Positions 1 to 8,884 of a stretch of 64,000 nt of DNA are shown one piece after another. This DNA comes from a virus. The stretch lies in the IMG/VR virus record IMGVR_UViG_3300027733_002357, one strand, 5' to 3'. The notes under the pieces were generated by a model. The model was not told the DNA's origin and searched no databases. It was given only the letters and a program-made list of their open reading frames with translations. The position numbers and the translations under genes are program-made. Numbering within the stretch: position 1 is the first letter of the stretch; each line of letters opens with the position of its first letter.

Positions 1-62
1 CGACTCTAATGTATAAGAAAAATTTTAGTGTTAGACCTGTTAGATCTATTAATATATAGGAT

Positions 63-578
63 ATGGATATTTTTATTAATGTATATGAGAGATCAACAAG
101 GTTCCGAGGGGAATACTTTGTATATAGGTTATATTCTGGGAAATCCGAGGAGGATATGAAGATCAGTATTATCAATGACATAATTAATGGTATGGATCCG
201 GGTGACTATGATGACAACGATAAATATGGTTATGTTGAGGAAATGATTAGGGAATTACCTAGAGATTTAAGTTTTAATGAGATTGCAAACGGTATAGCAG
301 AGATTATTAAAGAGGAGCTTATTGATAATGATAGCTTGCATGATTACAGTCTAATAATAGGTGATCCCACTACTGATGTCTCAGATGCCTTGGATTTTTA
401 TGGGGAGTATAAGATGGCTAAAGAGAATGAGGAGTATAATGCTATTGAATTTTCTTTCCTAGGTAACAATCCTTTTAATATCCAATCTCTTTTCCCTTAT
501 CTCTATACGATTATCAAAGATTATGGTGTTATTGTAGATGAGAATGATTTTCATAGGCTATCTAAGAATTTGATTTAA
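63..578 (+). CDS. hypothetical acidic protein
   Basis: 171-aa ORF, co-directional with neighbours, no recognisable motif. Confidence 0.4.
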   Translation: MDIFINVYERSTRFRGEYFVYRLYSGKSEEDMKISIINDIINGMDPGDYDDNDKYGYVEEMIRELPRDLSFNEIANGIAEIIKEELIDNDSLHDYSLIIGDPTTDVSDALDFYGEYKMAKENEEYNAIEFSFLGNNPFNIQSLFPYLYTIIKDYGVIVDENDFHRLSKNLI

Positions 579-589
579 TATATAGGGAT

Positions 590-1033
590 ATGAGATTCGC
601 AGATAGTAAAGATATTAAAAGAGCACAGGATCTGGGTAAGCATGCTACAGCTGTGTATTTGTCTACTAAGGAGATTGCTAAGGGTAAAGCTAATGCAATG
701 GCTAATGCTATCACTGATAGAAGAAAGATTCTTGGAAGATTAGAAGCTGTTGCTAGTGTGTGGGATGATTACCCTGTGATTATTCCTTTCATACAGAGAT
801 GTGTTGCTCTTTGGCCTGGCTCACAATATTCAAAAGCTTATTATGAGGCTATTAGTCAGAGAGCTTATTTCAAGAGTTTAATCGCTATGGGATTTTCTAA
901 GGATTACCTTCTTGACAAGTATTTAATACGTGAAGGATCGGGTGTTTTTATTAGTGGTCAGCCTTATGAGTTTGATGAGGTTGGAGTTCTTATCTTTAAC
1001 ACTATGTTGAAGAATTTATATTATTTGATCTAG
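590..1033 (+). CDS. hypothetical protein
   Basis: 147-aa ORF, 3-nt gap to the downstream DUF1566 gene. Confidence 0.4.
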   Translation: MRFADSKDIKRAQDLGKHATAVYLSTKEIAKGKANAMANAITDRRKILGRLEAVASVWDDYPVIIPFIQRCVALWPGSQYSKAYYEAISQRAYFKSLIAMGFSKDYLLDKYLIREGSGVFISGQPYEFDEVGVLIFNTMLKNLYYLI

Positions 1034-1035
1034 GT

Positions 1036-1362
1036 ATGTATAAGACAAAGCTATACAATCTTGGTGTCATTGAGGTCATGGATTTATCTAATTTAGGAAC
1101 CATGAGTTACAATAGGGCCAAGAAGATTAGAAATGAAGAGTATGGTGGACGTCCATGGAGATTACCTACTATGAAGGAGATGGATTATATTAGGAGTTTG
1201 CGTGTGAATCTTGGATTGGGAATATTTGATCAAAGATATTATTGGACTTCTGTTGGTCTCAGTATTGCTTCCTCTGTTGGGTATCATATGAAGACCGGTA
1301 CCGGTCGTATGATAAAGGATTCCGTGAAGGCTTGTGGCACCATATTGATCCGAGATTTATAA
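1036..1362 (+). CDS. DUF1566 (Lcl C-terminal domain)-like small protein, paralog 1 of 4
   Basis: Motif 'WRLPTmkEmdyI' and C-terminal 'YWTS...IRDL', matching the DUF1566 consensus WRLPT..EL..L ... Y.VR.VR. Confidence 0.6.
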   Translation: MYKTKLYNLGVIEVMDLSNLGTMSYNRAKKIRNEEYGGRPWRLPTMKEMDYIRSLRVNLGLGIFDQRYYWTSVGLSIASSVGYHMKTGTGRMIKDSVKACGTILIRDL

Positions 1363-1371
1363 TTGGAGTGT

Positions 1372-1423
1372 GCCCTCCGGGCCTTAGATTTTTCTACAGA
1401 TCTTAGAGATGGCCCTGGGGGCC
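1372..1423 (+). other. pair of GC-rich mini-hairpins (GCCC-TCC-GGGC and GGCCC-TGG-GGGCC), each followed by CTTAGAT
   Basis: Seen directly; a GC island in an AT-rich intergenic gap. Confidence 0.4.
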
Positions 1424-1476
1424 TTGATCTTAGATAGCTTTGCATAATCTTTGATTTATTTGTGATATATAGGAGT

Positions 1477-2055
1477 ATGAAATACATTAAGCTTTTTGAA
1501 TCAATGATGTGGGATCGGCTTTACCACGGAAATAGGAAAGGAGATTTCCCTCCTAAAAGGAAAAGATTTGGGGCTATATTTTTAACATCCAATCTGAATT
1601 TTGCAAAGAACTTTGCTGGGTACGATGAAAGGGATATATTTCCTAATGGTGCAGTGTTTGAGGTTGAGCTTAAGCCTGGTATTAGAATAATAGATATGAT
1701 GGATACAAAATCTTGGGAAGAGATTGGTATAGAGAAGATATTATTCGATATGATAGATGATAGGTACGTCGATCCGGTTAATGGTTCTAAATTTCTTCCT
1801 GTTAGTGGATCTGGTTTATTAGGCTATGATCCTAAGACTGGAAATGAATTTCAGATTCAGAAACCAGAGGATAGTCTTTATCACTACTTATGGAGGGTTA
1901 AGCACGGAGCTTGGAGAATAATCGAATGTGCTCCTATATCTGATAAAATAGAAGATTTAGGATACGATGGATATTATGTTGTTGAGAGCTCTTCTAAAAA
2001 TGTAGCAATCTTTAGTGAAGATTCCATTATGAACTTCAAGAAATTAGAAATATGA
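1477..2055 (+). CDS. hypothetical protein with the shared N-terminal leader (MKYIKLFESM)
   Basis: Internal ATG preceded by AGGAGT; N-terminus matches the leader family; ORF-track start 1462 is probably too far upstream. Confidence 0.5.
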   Translation: MKYIKLFESMMWDRLYHGNRKGDFPPKRKRFGAIFLTSNLNFAKNFAGYDERDIFPNGAVFEVELKPGIRIIDMMDTKSWEEIGIEKILFDMIDDRYVDPVNGSKFLPVSGSGLLGYDPKTGNEFQIQKPEDSLYHYLWRVKHGAWRIIECAPISDKIEDLGYDGYYVVESSSKNVAIFSEDSIMNFKKLEI

Positions 2056-2074
2056 AGCAGGAATAACTGATTAT

Positions 2075-2320
2075 ATGCTAGGAAATGAAAAAGGGCTAGT
2101 TCAGAAGTACCCTGGTATAACTATAAACATGGCCCAATTCTGGACTTATATAAAAGGATCTATAGCACATTTTAATCGTGTTGAAGCCAGCGGAGGTCAA
2201 TTACCTTGTACACAATTCATACTATATAAGGGTAATTATTACACAATAGGGGGAAGAAGAAGAATGTTCTGGCACTTCTATAATGGAGTGGATCCTACAG
2301 TATGGGTAATGCAGCTTTAA
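2075..2320 (+). CDS. hypothetical small protein
   Basis: 81-aa ORF in the gap between convergent genes; weak. Confidence 0.25.
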   Translation: MLGNEKGLVQKYPGITINMAQFWTYIKGSIAHFNRVEASGGQLPCTQFILYKGNYYTIGGRRRMFWHFYNGVDPTVWVMQL

Positions 2321-2796
2321 AATCCTAGAAGTCTTTCGGGATCTAGATCCTTACAGTGTTCTGGTTTATTACTTCCGATGTATTTATTTAATACACAGTC
2401 ATCGTATTTCTCGTCACTATCTATTAGTCTCATTCTTGACGAAGAAATTGAAGATCTTGTTACAAACCATCCTCCAAATTCAGTGTGATTAGGATCGTAG
2501 AATAATTCTAAGTTTAAACCATCTTGATCTATCTCCCAAACATCAAAACCAAATAATGCTTTCTCTAGCATACTTGGTTCGTGGTCTAGAACATAAACGA
2601 AATTCTCAAGTCCTTCTGTTTTGCTGTCTTTCTGCCAGTTTGATGTTTTAGTACCAATTGCGGGTTTCAGCCCATTTCTTAAAATACTTTCTCTGCTAGT
2701 ATAATTGGATAGGTGATAAAGTTTACCCGAGTGTTCAGCTTTCTCAAGCTCTAATCCTTCATTAATGAATTGCGAGTATCTAAGTAGGTTTTTCAT
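2317..2796 (-). CDS. hypothetical protein with the N-terminal leader (MKNLLRYSQF)
   Basis: 159-aa ORF; leader-family N-terminus. Confidence 0.5.
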   Translation of the reverse strand: MKNLLRYSQFINEGLELEKAEHSGKLYHLSNYTSRESILRNGLKPAIGTKTSNWQKDSKTEGLENFVYVLDHEPSMLEKALFGFDVWEIDQDGLNLELFYDPNHTEFGGWFVTRSSISSSRMRLIDSDEKYDDCVLNKYIGSNKPEHCKDLDPERLLGF

Positions 2797-2827
2797 CCTA
2801 TTATATATCTTTCTTGATATATAGCAT

Positions 2828-3268
2828 ATGATACTAGATTACGCCAAATTTATACTCGAAAAAAAAGGACCTTGCTGGTCTGGTTACAAGCAGTTTGGAA
2901 CCAAAGATAAAGATGGTAAAACCGTACCTAACTGTGTAAAAGAAAATTCCGAAGTAAGCGAGAAAAAAGAAACTCATCAGGAATTTGCAGAAAATAGATT
3001 AGCGGGTGCAGCTAAAATATCTAAGGCAGCAAAAGAGAAAGGTGGCGATGCTTTATTGACATATCACCATTTCCACGTTAAGCTTCCATACTATCAAAAG
3101 AGTGCAGATGGGGAATTGGATATGGATAATCTTAAAGGAGAGTATGATGATCTATTAACTGATCTTTATGAAGCAACTAGAAACTCTATGAATATCACTC
3201 AAGTGGAATTCCAGGAGCTTGTTGGTAAAATAGAAGTTCTAGGTGAGCTTTTAATTGAAAACAAGTGA
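2828..3268 (+). CDS. hypothetical protein
   Basis: 146-aa ORF. Confidence 0.4.
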   Translation: MILDYAKFILEKKGPCWSGYKQFGTKDKDGKTVPNCVKENSEVSEKKETHQEFAENRLAGAAKISKAAKEKGGDALLTYHHFHVKLPYYQKSADGELDMDNLKGEYDDLLTDLYEATRNSMNITQVEFQELVGKIEVLGELLIENK

Positions 3269-3291
3269 TATATAACATAACAAAATTAAAT

Positions 3292-4047
3292 ATGAAAAAT
3301 ATAAAGCCTTTTGACAATTTCTTTTCTTCATCTATTTTTGAAGGAAGAAGACCAAGTACACCTCAAGTATCTCACGGAGATCTTCTTGCAGAATCTGATG
3401 CTGAGCAATTTGAATTAATGGAAGCTATGTTTGCTGAAGCTCTTTTTGAAGAGGATGCTCCAGCTGCTGCTCCAGCTGCTGCTCCAGCCCCAGGTAAAGC
3501 AGAGGGCGCTGCTCCTGCTAAGACTGATCCTGCTAAGACTGGTACTTCTAAGAAAGGACCTTCTAAAAAAGAAGCTAGCAAGAATATAGATCAGAGAATC
3601 AAAGAGACTGATTCTAAAGCTAAGCAAGCTGCTTCATCTATGGGTATTCAACCATCTGCTGAGTTCAATAAATTAATTGAGCTTCATAAGAAAGGAATGG
3701 AAAAATTAAGAGCTATTAGCAGTGGACCTCAACTAGAGAAAGAAGCTAGAATGAAAAAGATTGCTGAGATTTCGGAGTTTAAGGAGATAGGTAAATCAAT
3801 CAATGTGGTATTAGGAAACATGGCAAAAAGAGCTGCTCAATATCCTTTGTACTACCAAACACCTGCTTTCAAGGATACACTTAAAAAACTTGTTGCTATT
3901 TCTATGGCAGTTCAATCTGCTCCTGGGCAATCTCCTAATCCTCAAGTACCTACCAAAAAAGGTGGTGGTGGATTTATGGGCTTTATCTCTCATATGTTCA
4001 GTGATGGTGCAGATGCTGCTAAAAAGCTAGCAGGAGTTAAGAAATAA
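3292..4047 (+). CDS. Ala/Pro-rich hypothetical protein with the N-terminal leader (MKNIKPFDNF)
   Basis: Internal ATG gives a leader-like N-terminus; low-complexity APAAAPAAAPAPGKAEGAAPAK segment; followed by a terminator. Confidence 0.45.
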   Translation: MKNIKPFDNFFSSSIFEGRRPSTPQVSHGDLLAESDAEQFELMEAMFAEALFEEDAPAAAPAAAPAPGKAEGAAPAKTDPAKTGTSKKGPSKKEASKNIDQRIKETDSKAKQAASSMGIQPSAEFNKLIELHKKGMEKLRAISSGPQLEKEARMKKIAEISEFKEIGKSINVVLGNMAKRAAQYPLYYQTPAFKDTLKKLVAISMAVQSAPGQSPNPQVPTKKGGGGFMGFISHMFSDGADAAKKLAGVKK

Positions 4048-4066
4048 CACTTATTGAATAAAACTA

Positions 4067-4088
4067 AGAGGCTTCGGCCTCTTTTTTT
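4067..4088 (+). terminator. rho-independent terminator (AGAGGC-TTCG-GCCTCT plus T7)
   Basis: 6-bp GC stem, TTCG tetraloop, then a T-run, directly after the stop at 4047. Confidence 0.7.
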
Positions 4089-4115
4089 GTGAACCAGGGT
4101 TTAGATATATACAAC

Positions 4116-4769
4116 ATGAGACATATTAAATCAAGAGATCAATTCGTAAACGAGCAACTATTCCAAGATGCTAATAGATATGCTAAGCTTATAATCGGAG
4201 GTGACTCTAAGAGTAAAGGTGGAGAAGGCGAAACGGAAACTCCTACGGGTCCTGTTGTTAATTCAAGAGATGATGAGAGCAGTTGTCCTAATAACAACTG
4301 TTGGGCTCACTTTGGTAAAGAGGCTTTCTGGAATGGATCTAGCAAGATCAATGGTAAGACTGTACCTAAGATAACTATAAATAAAACTGCTAATTCATTT
4401 AATATAACATACGAAGGAGCTCCTTCCGGATTTCTTCTTAAACACGGAAAGGGCGGTAAGGATGATACTATTCACCAATTATTAAATGTACTCACGTCTG
4501 AGATCAATCCTTATCTTAAAGAGAATAGTTCAAAGCCTGATATTAAGGCTATTAAAATGGATATGTCTGGCAAGAAGCTTTCTATATCAGTTCCTTTACT
4601 TAAGTTAAATGACGATAACACACATTATACTTTGGATAGAAGAGGTGGATTAGGACATGCTGGAGACTATAGCGATCTTGAAAAATATAGAAGTAAAAAA
4701 GGATATGAAGAGGTTGTACATAAGTCGGGTAACCTTACAGAGAAATTCGTAACATTTATTGATGCGTAA
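4116..4769 (+). CDS. hypothetical protein with the N-terminal leader (MRHIKSRDQFVNEQLF)
   Basis: Internal Met gives a leader-family N-terminus nearly identical to those at 33431 and 34178 (..F.NEQLF). Confidence 0.5.
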   Translation: MRHIKSRDQFVNEQLFQDANRYAKLIIGGDSKSKGGEGETETPTGPVVNSRDDESSCPNNNCWAHFGKEAFWNGSSKINGKTVPKITINKTANSFNITYEGAPSGFLLKHGKGGKDDTIHQLLNVLTSEINPYLKENSSKPDIKAIKMDMSGKKLSISVPLLKLNDDNTHYTLDRRGGLGHAGDYSDLEKYRSKKGYEEVVHKSGNLTEKFVTFIDA

Positions 4770-4771
4770 TA

Positions 4772-5053
4772 ATGGAAGAGCATAGCATCAATCTTGGGGT
4801 AATCGAAATTAAGTTCTTAGAAGGATTTACTAGACAAGATGAGCTTCGAAGTATACAAGGATTTGGGTGGAGATTACCAACAGAATCTGAGATTGAATAC
4901 ATTTCTAACCTTTATATTGATTATGGAGTCGTAGGAAAAGATGGATGGTATTGGACAGATACAAGAGCTCTTTATGAGCTAAATACACAAACAAATTTTA
5001 GACCTCACTCTGATAGCGAATTTGGTGGTGTTATATTAGTGAGGGAGGATTAA
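4772..5053 (+). CDS. DUF1566-like small protein, paralog 2
   Basis: 'GWRLPTESEIEYI' and 'YWTDT...ILVRED'. Confidence 0.6.
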   Translation: MEEHSINLGVIEIKFLEGFTRQDELRSIQGFGWRLPTESEIEYISNLYIDYGVVGKDGWYWTDTRALYELNTQTNFRPHSDSEFGGVILVRED

Positions 5054-5076
5054 AAGTTGTAAATAATTAAAATAGA

Positions 5077-5796
5077 ATGATCAGATTATCAGAGCAACTA
5101 ACTATAGTTATTCCGTGTAAAAATGAAAAGAATACCATTCTAAAAACATTGGATCTTTTAAACTATCAAGCAGATATTCACAATGTTAAAGTTATTGTTT
5201 GTGACGCATCTAATGATGGTGTAACCAAACCTGATTTAATCCACCGATTGGAATATAATGCAGATGCTTTTCATTTATATTTAATGGAAGGCGGGCTTCC
5301 TGCTAAAGCTAGAAATAATGGTTTTAAACTTGTAACAACTCCTTATGTATTATTTATGGATGCTGATGTATTTCTTTTGGATCCTAAGGTGCTAATAAGA
5401 TCGGTTATAAAGATGTACAAATATGATCTGGATCTAGTTACTACAAAATTTAGATCAGACAACGGCGAATACAATTACGTATATAAGACCTTTGATATAA
5501 TACAAATATTATCTAAGTGGACCACCCCTTTTTGTTTAGGTGGATATATGTTGGTCAGTGGTGATGTATTTAAATCAATAGGTGGATTTGATGAGGATAT
5601 AAAAGTAGCAGAGGATTATATTTTTTCCAAGCAGATTAAGCCAAAGAAATTTGGAAGAATAAACAATATAGTTTATACACCTCCTAGAAGATTTGAGTCT
5701 AAGGGATTATGGTACATGCTAAAGTTGATGGTGGGATCATTCTTTAATAGCAACAACAAAAAGTTTTTTGAAAACGACAAAGATTACTGGAAATGA
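5077..5796 (+). CDS. family 2 glycosyltransferase
   Basis: N-terminal 'IVIPCKNE' GT-A signature and a DAD (DxD) motif 'FMDADVF'. Confidence 0.6.
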   Translation: MIRLSEQLTIVIPCKNEKNTILKTLDLLNYQADIHNVKVIVCDASNDGVTKPDLIHRLEYNADAFHLYLMEGGLPAKARNNGFKLVTTPYVLFMDADVFLLDPKVLIRSVIKMYKYDLDLVTTKFRSDNGEYNYVYKTFDIIQILSKWTTPFCLGGYMLVSGDVFKSIGGFDEDIKVAEDYIFSKQIKPKKFGRINNIVYTPPRRFESKGLWYMLKLMVGSFFNSNNKKFFENDKDYWK

Positions 5797-6506
5797 AAAA
5801 ATGGAGAACAATAATAATGAGTGATTTGCATTTAGGTGCAAGACAATCACAGACCGATAAGGTATTAAAATTCTTGGAAGAAAATGAATCCGAGACACTA
5901 ATACTTAATGGGGATATCATAGATGGCTGGGCTTTAAAAAGCGGAGGTAAATGGAAATCCGAATGTACTAAGATATTCAGGAAGTTTATGAAGAGATCAG
6001 AGAAAGGAACTAAGGTGGTTTATATCAGAGGAAATCATGATGATTTTTTAAAACCATTTGTTCCTTTTACCCTAAGTAATATTGAGATAGTTAGAAAGTA
6101 CACTCATATAGGAGCTGATGGTAGAAAATACTATTGTTTTCATGGAGATGTTTTGGATTTTGTTGTAATGAAAGTCAAATGGCTGGCAGTTCTCGGCGGA
6201 TGGTCTTATGATTTTGTAATTAAATTGAACACCATATACAACAAGATAAGAAAAACTTTTAATCTTCCATATCATTCATTAGCAAATGATATTAAGCAGA
6301 GCGTTAAAGGAGCAATTAATTTCGTTTCAGATTTCGAAGAAAATGCTAAAGGATTGACTAAGGAGAAAGAATGTGACGTTGCAGTTTGTGGTCACATACA
6401 CCAGCCCAAATTAGAAATAGATTACATGAATAGTGGAGATTTCTGTGAGAACTCTACGTGTCTAGTAGAGGACTTTAATGGTAACTGGTATATAATTAAG
6501 AATTAA
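5793..6506 (+). CDS. calcineurin-like metallophosphoesterase (LpxH-like arrangement)
   Basis: Motifs SDLHLG, NGDIIDGW, GNHD, CGHIHQP. Confidence 0.55.
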   Translation: MKKWRTIIMSDLHLGARQSQTDKVLKFLEENESETLILNGDIIDGWALKSGGKWKSECTKIFRKFMKRSEKGTKVVYIRGNHDDFLKPFVPFTLSNIEIVRKYTHIGADGRKYYCFHGDVLDFVVMKVKWLAVLGGWSYDFVIKLNTIYNKIRKTFNLPYHSLANDIKQSVKGAINFVSDFEENAKGLTKEKECDVAVCGHIHQPKLEIDYMNSGDFCENSTCLVEDFNGNWYIIKN

Positions 6507-6522
6507 TAACATAAATATAGAT

Positions 6523-8097
6523 ATGTCATCAACATCAACACCATTTGCATATAACCCTACAGGAGGAAATATCCCAGGAACTGAGCAGGTTGGAGATTTA
6601 GCAATAGGCTGGCCTATTTCTGGTTTCGATTCTACCGGATTAGAATGGTGGAATGGCCCTAATGAGGATACTGGTTACGTTATAGCAAAATCTAAATCCG
6701 GAGACGATCAACAAACACCTTTGTTTAATACTGAACCTTTAACATTAAGTTCAACATATAAAGGTAATGATATACAATTACACAATAGTGATCAAGAAGC
6801 AAACCAACTTTTTGGATATCAACAATCTGTATTAGGAAATACACGAATAGGTGTACATGCTAAAATAATGTTTAGCGTTCAGGTTAGTTTGGCGCAGCCC
6901 GGAACATTATCTGATAGTCACTTTATTGGTATTGGTTATACGAGTATGAATTATCAAGGAAATCCTTATGGTGGTTATCCTGGTAATGACGCTAATAGTA
7001 TGGGATATTGCTCAAGCGGAGATGTATATTACAATGGAAGCGTTTCGCAAGCTGGGGTTGGACCTTGGTCAGACGGGGATATTATTGACATTTGTATTAA
7101 CAACAACGTCAATGGAATGTGGGTTAGAGTAAATGGTGGACTTTGGATGAATAACCCCGGAGCTGACCCCGCGACAGATTCTTTAAGCATTGAAATCATA
7201 AACGGTCCTTTTTATCCAGTACTATGTCCTGGGTATGAAGGAACAATGACTATACAAAACACACCAACATTCAGTGTTCCTGATGGATATACATTATTAG
7301 GAACTAATGTAACTGCATCTGTAGGATTTTCAAGAACTGATGGATTTGACGATACTAAATTTATACAGGATGCAAATACAATTTTATCTAGCAATTATAC
7401 AAATGCAATAGAAGCTTCTACAGCATTAACAAATAATGGATATTGGAATTCTTATCCTGTGCCTGTATTATCTTTAGACGCTGGAAATCCATCGAGTTAT
7501 CCAGGATCAGGAACAGTTTGGACTGATTTAATTGGAGGTAAGACATTTAACTTAATTAATGGACCAGGATATGAATCAGCAAATGGAGGTAGAATTAAAT
7601 TTAATTCTGGACTTGGACAGTACGCGGAATGTTCAACAAGTTTAACTGATTTAAACACTTGGACAGTTGGTGTGTGGCATAATTATGATTCAAATACTGG
7701 GGGTAATCCTTGTATTTTAACTGAGATTTATCCGGGTAGTACAGGTCAAATAAATTATTCTTTAGGTGATAATAATGGAGGTTTTAGTGCAGGATTCTTT
7801 AATGGAGGATGGCAAGTTACTGATGGATATTCATTAACCCCAAATAATTGGTATTTCATTGTCGGTACTTATGATGGTACAACTGTTAAATTATATGTTA
7901 ATAACACATTAGTAGATAGTACATCTTACACAGGAACACCAATCTCTTCTCAAGGCGGTATTCGATTAATGAGAAGATGGGATTTGCCTGACTATTGGGG
8001 AGGATACATTTCAATCGTTGGAATTTATGATAAAGCTTTAAATACAAGTCAAATAGAATCTATTTGGAACCTAAACAAAGCTAGATTCGGACTATAA
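6523..8097 (+). CDS. LamG/ConA-like lectin-domain protein with conserved 'PFAYNP' N-terminal domain; receptor-binding/fibre-like
   Basis: N-terminal ~70 aa shared with 8885..11572 and 11584..12636 (PFAYNP, WW.GP.ED.GY.IA); C-terminal Laminin_G_3-like pattern (NWYFIVGTYDGTTVKLYVNN). Confidence 0.55.
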   Translation: MSSTSTPFAYNPTGGNIPGTEQVGDLAIGWPISGFDSTGLEWWNGPNEDTGYVIAKSKSGDDQQTPLFNTEPLTLSSTYKGNDIQLHNSDQEANQLFGYQQSVLGNTRIGVHAKIMFSVQVSLAQPGTLSDSHFIGIGYTSMNYQGNPYGGYPGNDANSMGYCSSGDVYYNGSVSQAGVGPWSDGDIIDICINNNVNGMWVRVNGGLWMNNPGADPATDSLSIEIINGPFYPVLCPGYEGTMTIQNTPTFSVPDGYTLLGTNVTASVGFSRTDGFDDTKFIQDANTILSSNYTNAIEASTALTNNGYWNSYPVPVLSLDAGNPSSYPGSGTVWTDLIGGKTFNLINGPGYESANGGRIKFNSGLGQYAECSTSLTDLNTWTVGVWHNYDSNTGGNPCILTEIYPGSTGQINYSLGDNNGGFSAGFFNGGWQVTDGYSLTPNNWYFIVGTYDGTTVKLYVNNTLVDSTSYTGTPISSQGGIRLMRRWDLPDYWGGYISIVGIYDKALNTSQIESIWNLNKARFGL

Positions 8098-8193
8098 ATA
8101 ATACAAATTCATGAAAGAGAAAAAAGAAATCCCCACACTTATTTATGTATTAGTATGGTTTTTGTTTATAGGATTGGTTGCTTACTTTTTTGG

Positions 8194-8637
8194 TTAACCA
8201 ATTTTAGATATTTCTAATATCATTTTTTGATATTCAGGAGATAACCGGGATGCTCCGTCTATTAAAAATCCAAGGTATTCATCAGTAGGGAAAAGACCCT
8301 CGACTATATGCTGATCCTGAGCTATATATGTTATACATTCAATCAGTTCTCCTTTAGAAAGCACATTAACTTTTTCCCTTCTATAATGCTTGGGTGCTCC
8401 CTCGAATTTATCTAGTAGATTTAATTCATCCTCTGTTATTCCAAAAACTATACCCTCTACTGATGACTCCTTTTTTTCCATGATGTTTGCAAAAGCCCAA
8501 TCACCTGCTGATGCTTTCTTGTTGAATTTTAATTCCCATCCTTTTAGTATTCCAGTATTTCCTGAGTATGGGGTTATACCTCTTTTAATTATCCGTGAGA
8601 CGCTCATATTAGAGCCGTAGGTGAAGTAATTTATCAT
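8194..8637 (-). CDS. gamma-glutamyl cyclotransferase (GGCT/AIG2)-like protein
   Basis: 'YFTYGSNM' N-terminal signature and typical length. Confidence 0.55.
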   Translation of the reverse strand: MINYFTYGSNMSVSRIIKRGITPYSGNTGILKGWELKFNKKASAGDWAFANIMEKKESSVEGIVFGITEDELNLLDKFEGAPKHYRREKVNVLSKGELIECITYIAQDQHIVEGLFPTDEYLGFLIDGASRLSPEYQKMILEISKIG

Positions 8638-8873
8638 TACTGCGGATTATTAGTAGGAAATTGTATAGTACTCGGCTTAGGCACATATTCACCTTGGGGT
8701 AGTTCCAAGATGTACGCCCATTCTCCATTCTTTATCGTATTCACATCGTCATCAGATAGAAACAAAAACCAATCATCGTTAATATCCTGTACACAGTTAA
8801 AAAATTGGAAGCTAGTGTAATTAGAATTGTGTATCGTTTCTTTTTGGCGCGTTGTTAGTTTGTAACTTTTCAT
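8637..8873 (-). CDS. hypothetical small protein
   Basis: 78-aa ORF co-directional with the GGCT-like gene. Confidence 0.3.
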   Translation of the reverse strand: MKSYKLTTRQKETIHNSNYTSFQFFNCVQDINDDWFLFLSDDDVNTIKNGEWAYILELPQGEYVPKPSTIQFPTNNPQ

Positions 8874-8884
8874 TTTATTATATT

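Noticed and set aside
1284-1487. 67-aa minus-strand ORF across the GC-hairpin gap
   Set aside because: Overlaps the 3' end of a well-supported plus gene and the hairpin region. No start context. Likely spurious.
3372-3993. Three minus-strand ORFs (3372..3581, 3415..3627, 3811..3993) inside the Ala/Pro-rich gene
   Set aside because: Antisense to a low-complexity coding region (GCT/GCA repeats give open antisense frames). Not independent genes.
8185-8205. Palindrome TTGGTTAACCAA between convergent genes, a possible bidirectional terminator
   Set aside because: No usable loop and only weak flanking T-runs. Left as unsupported.
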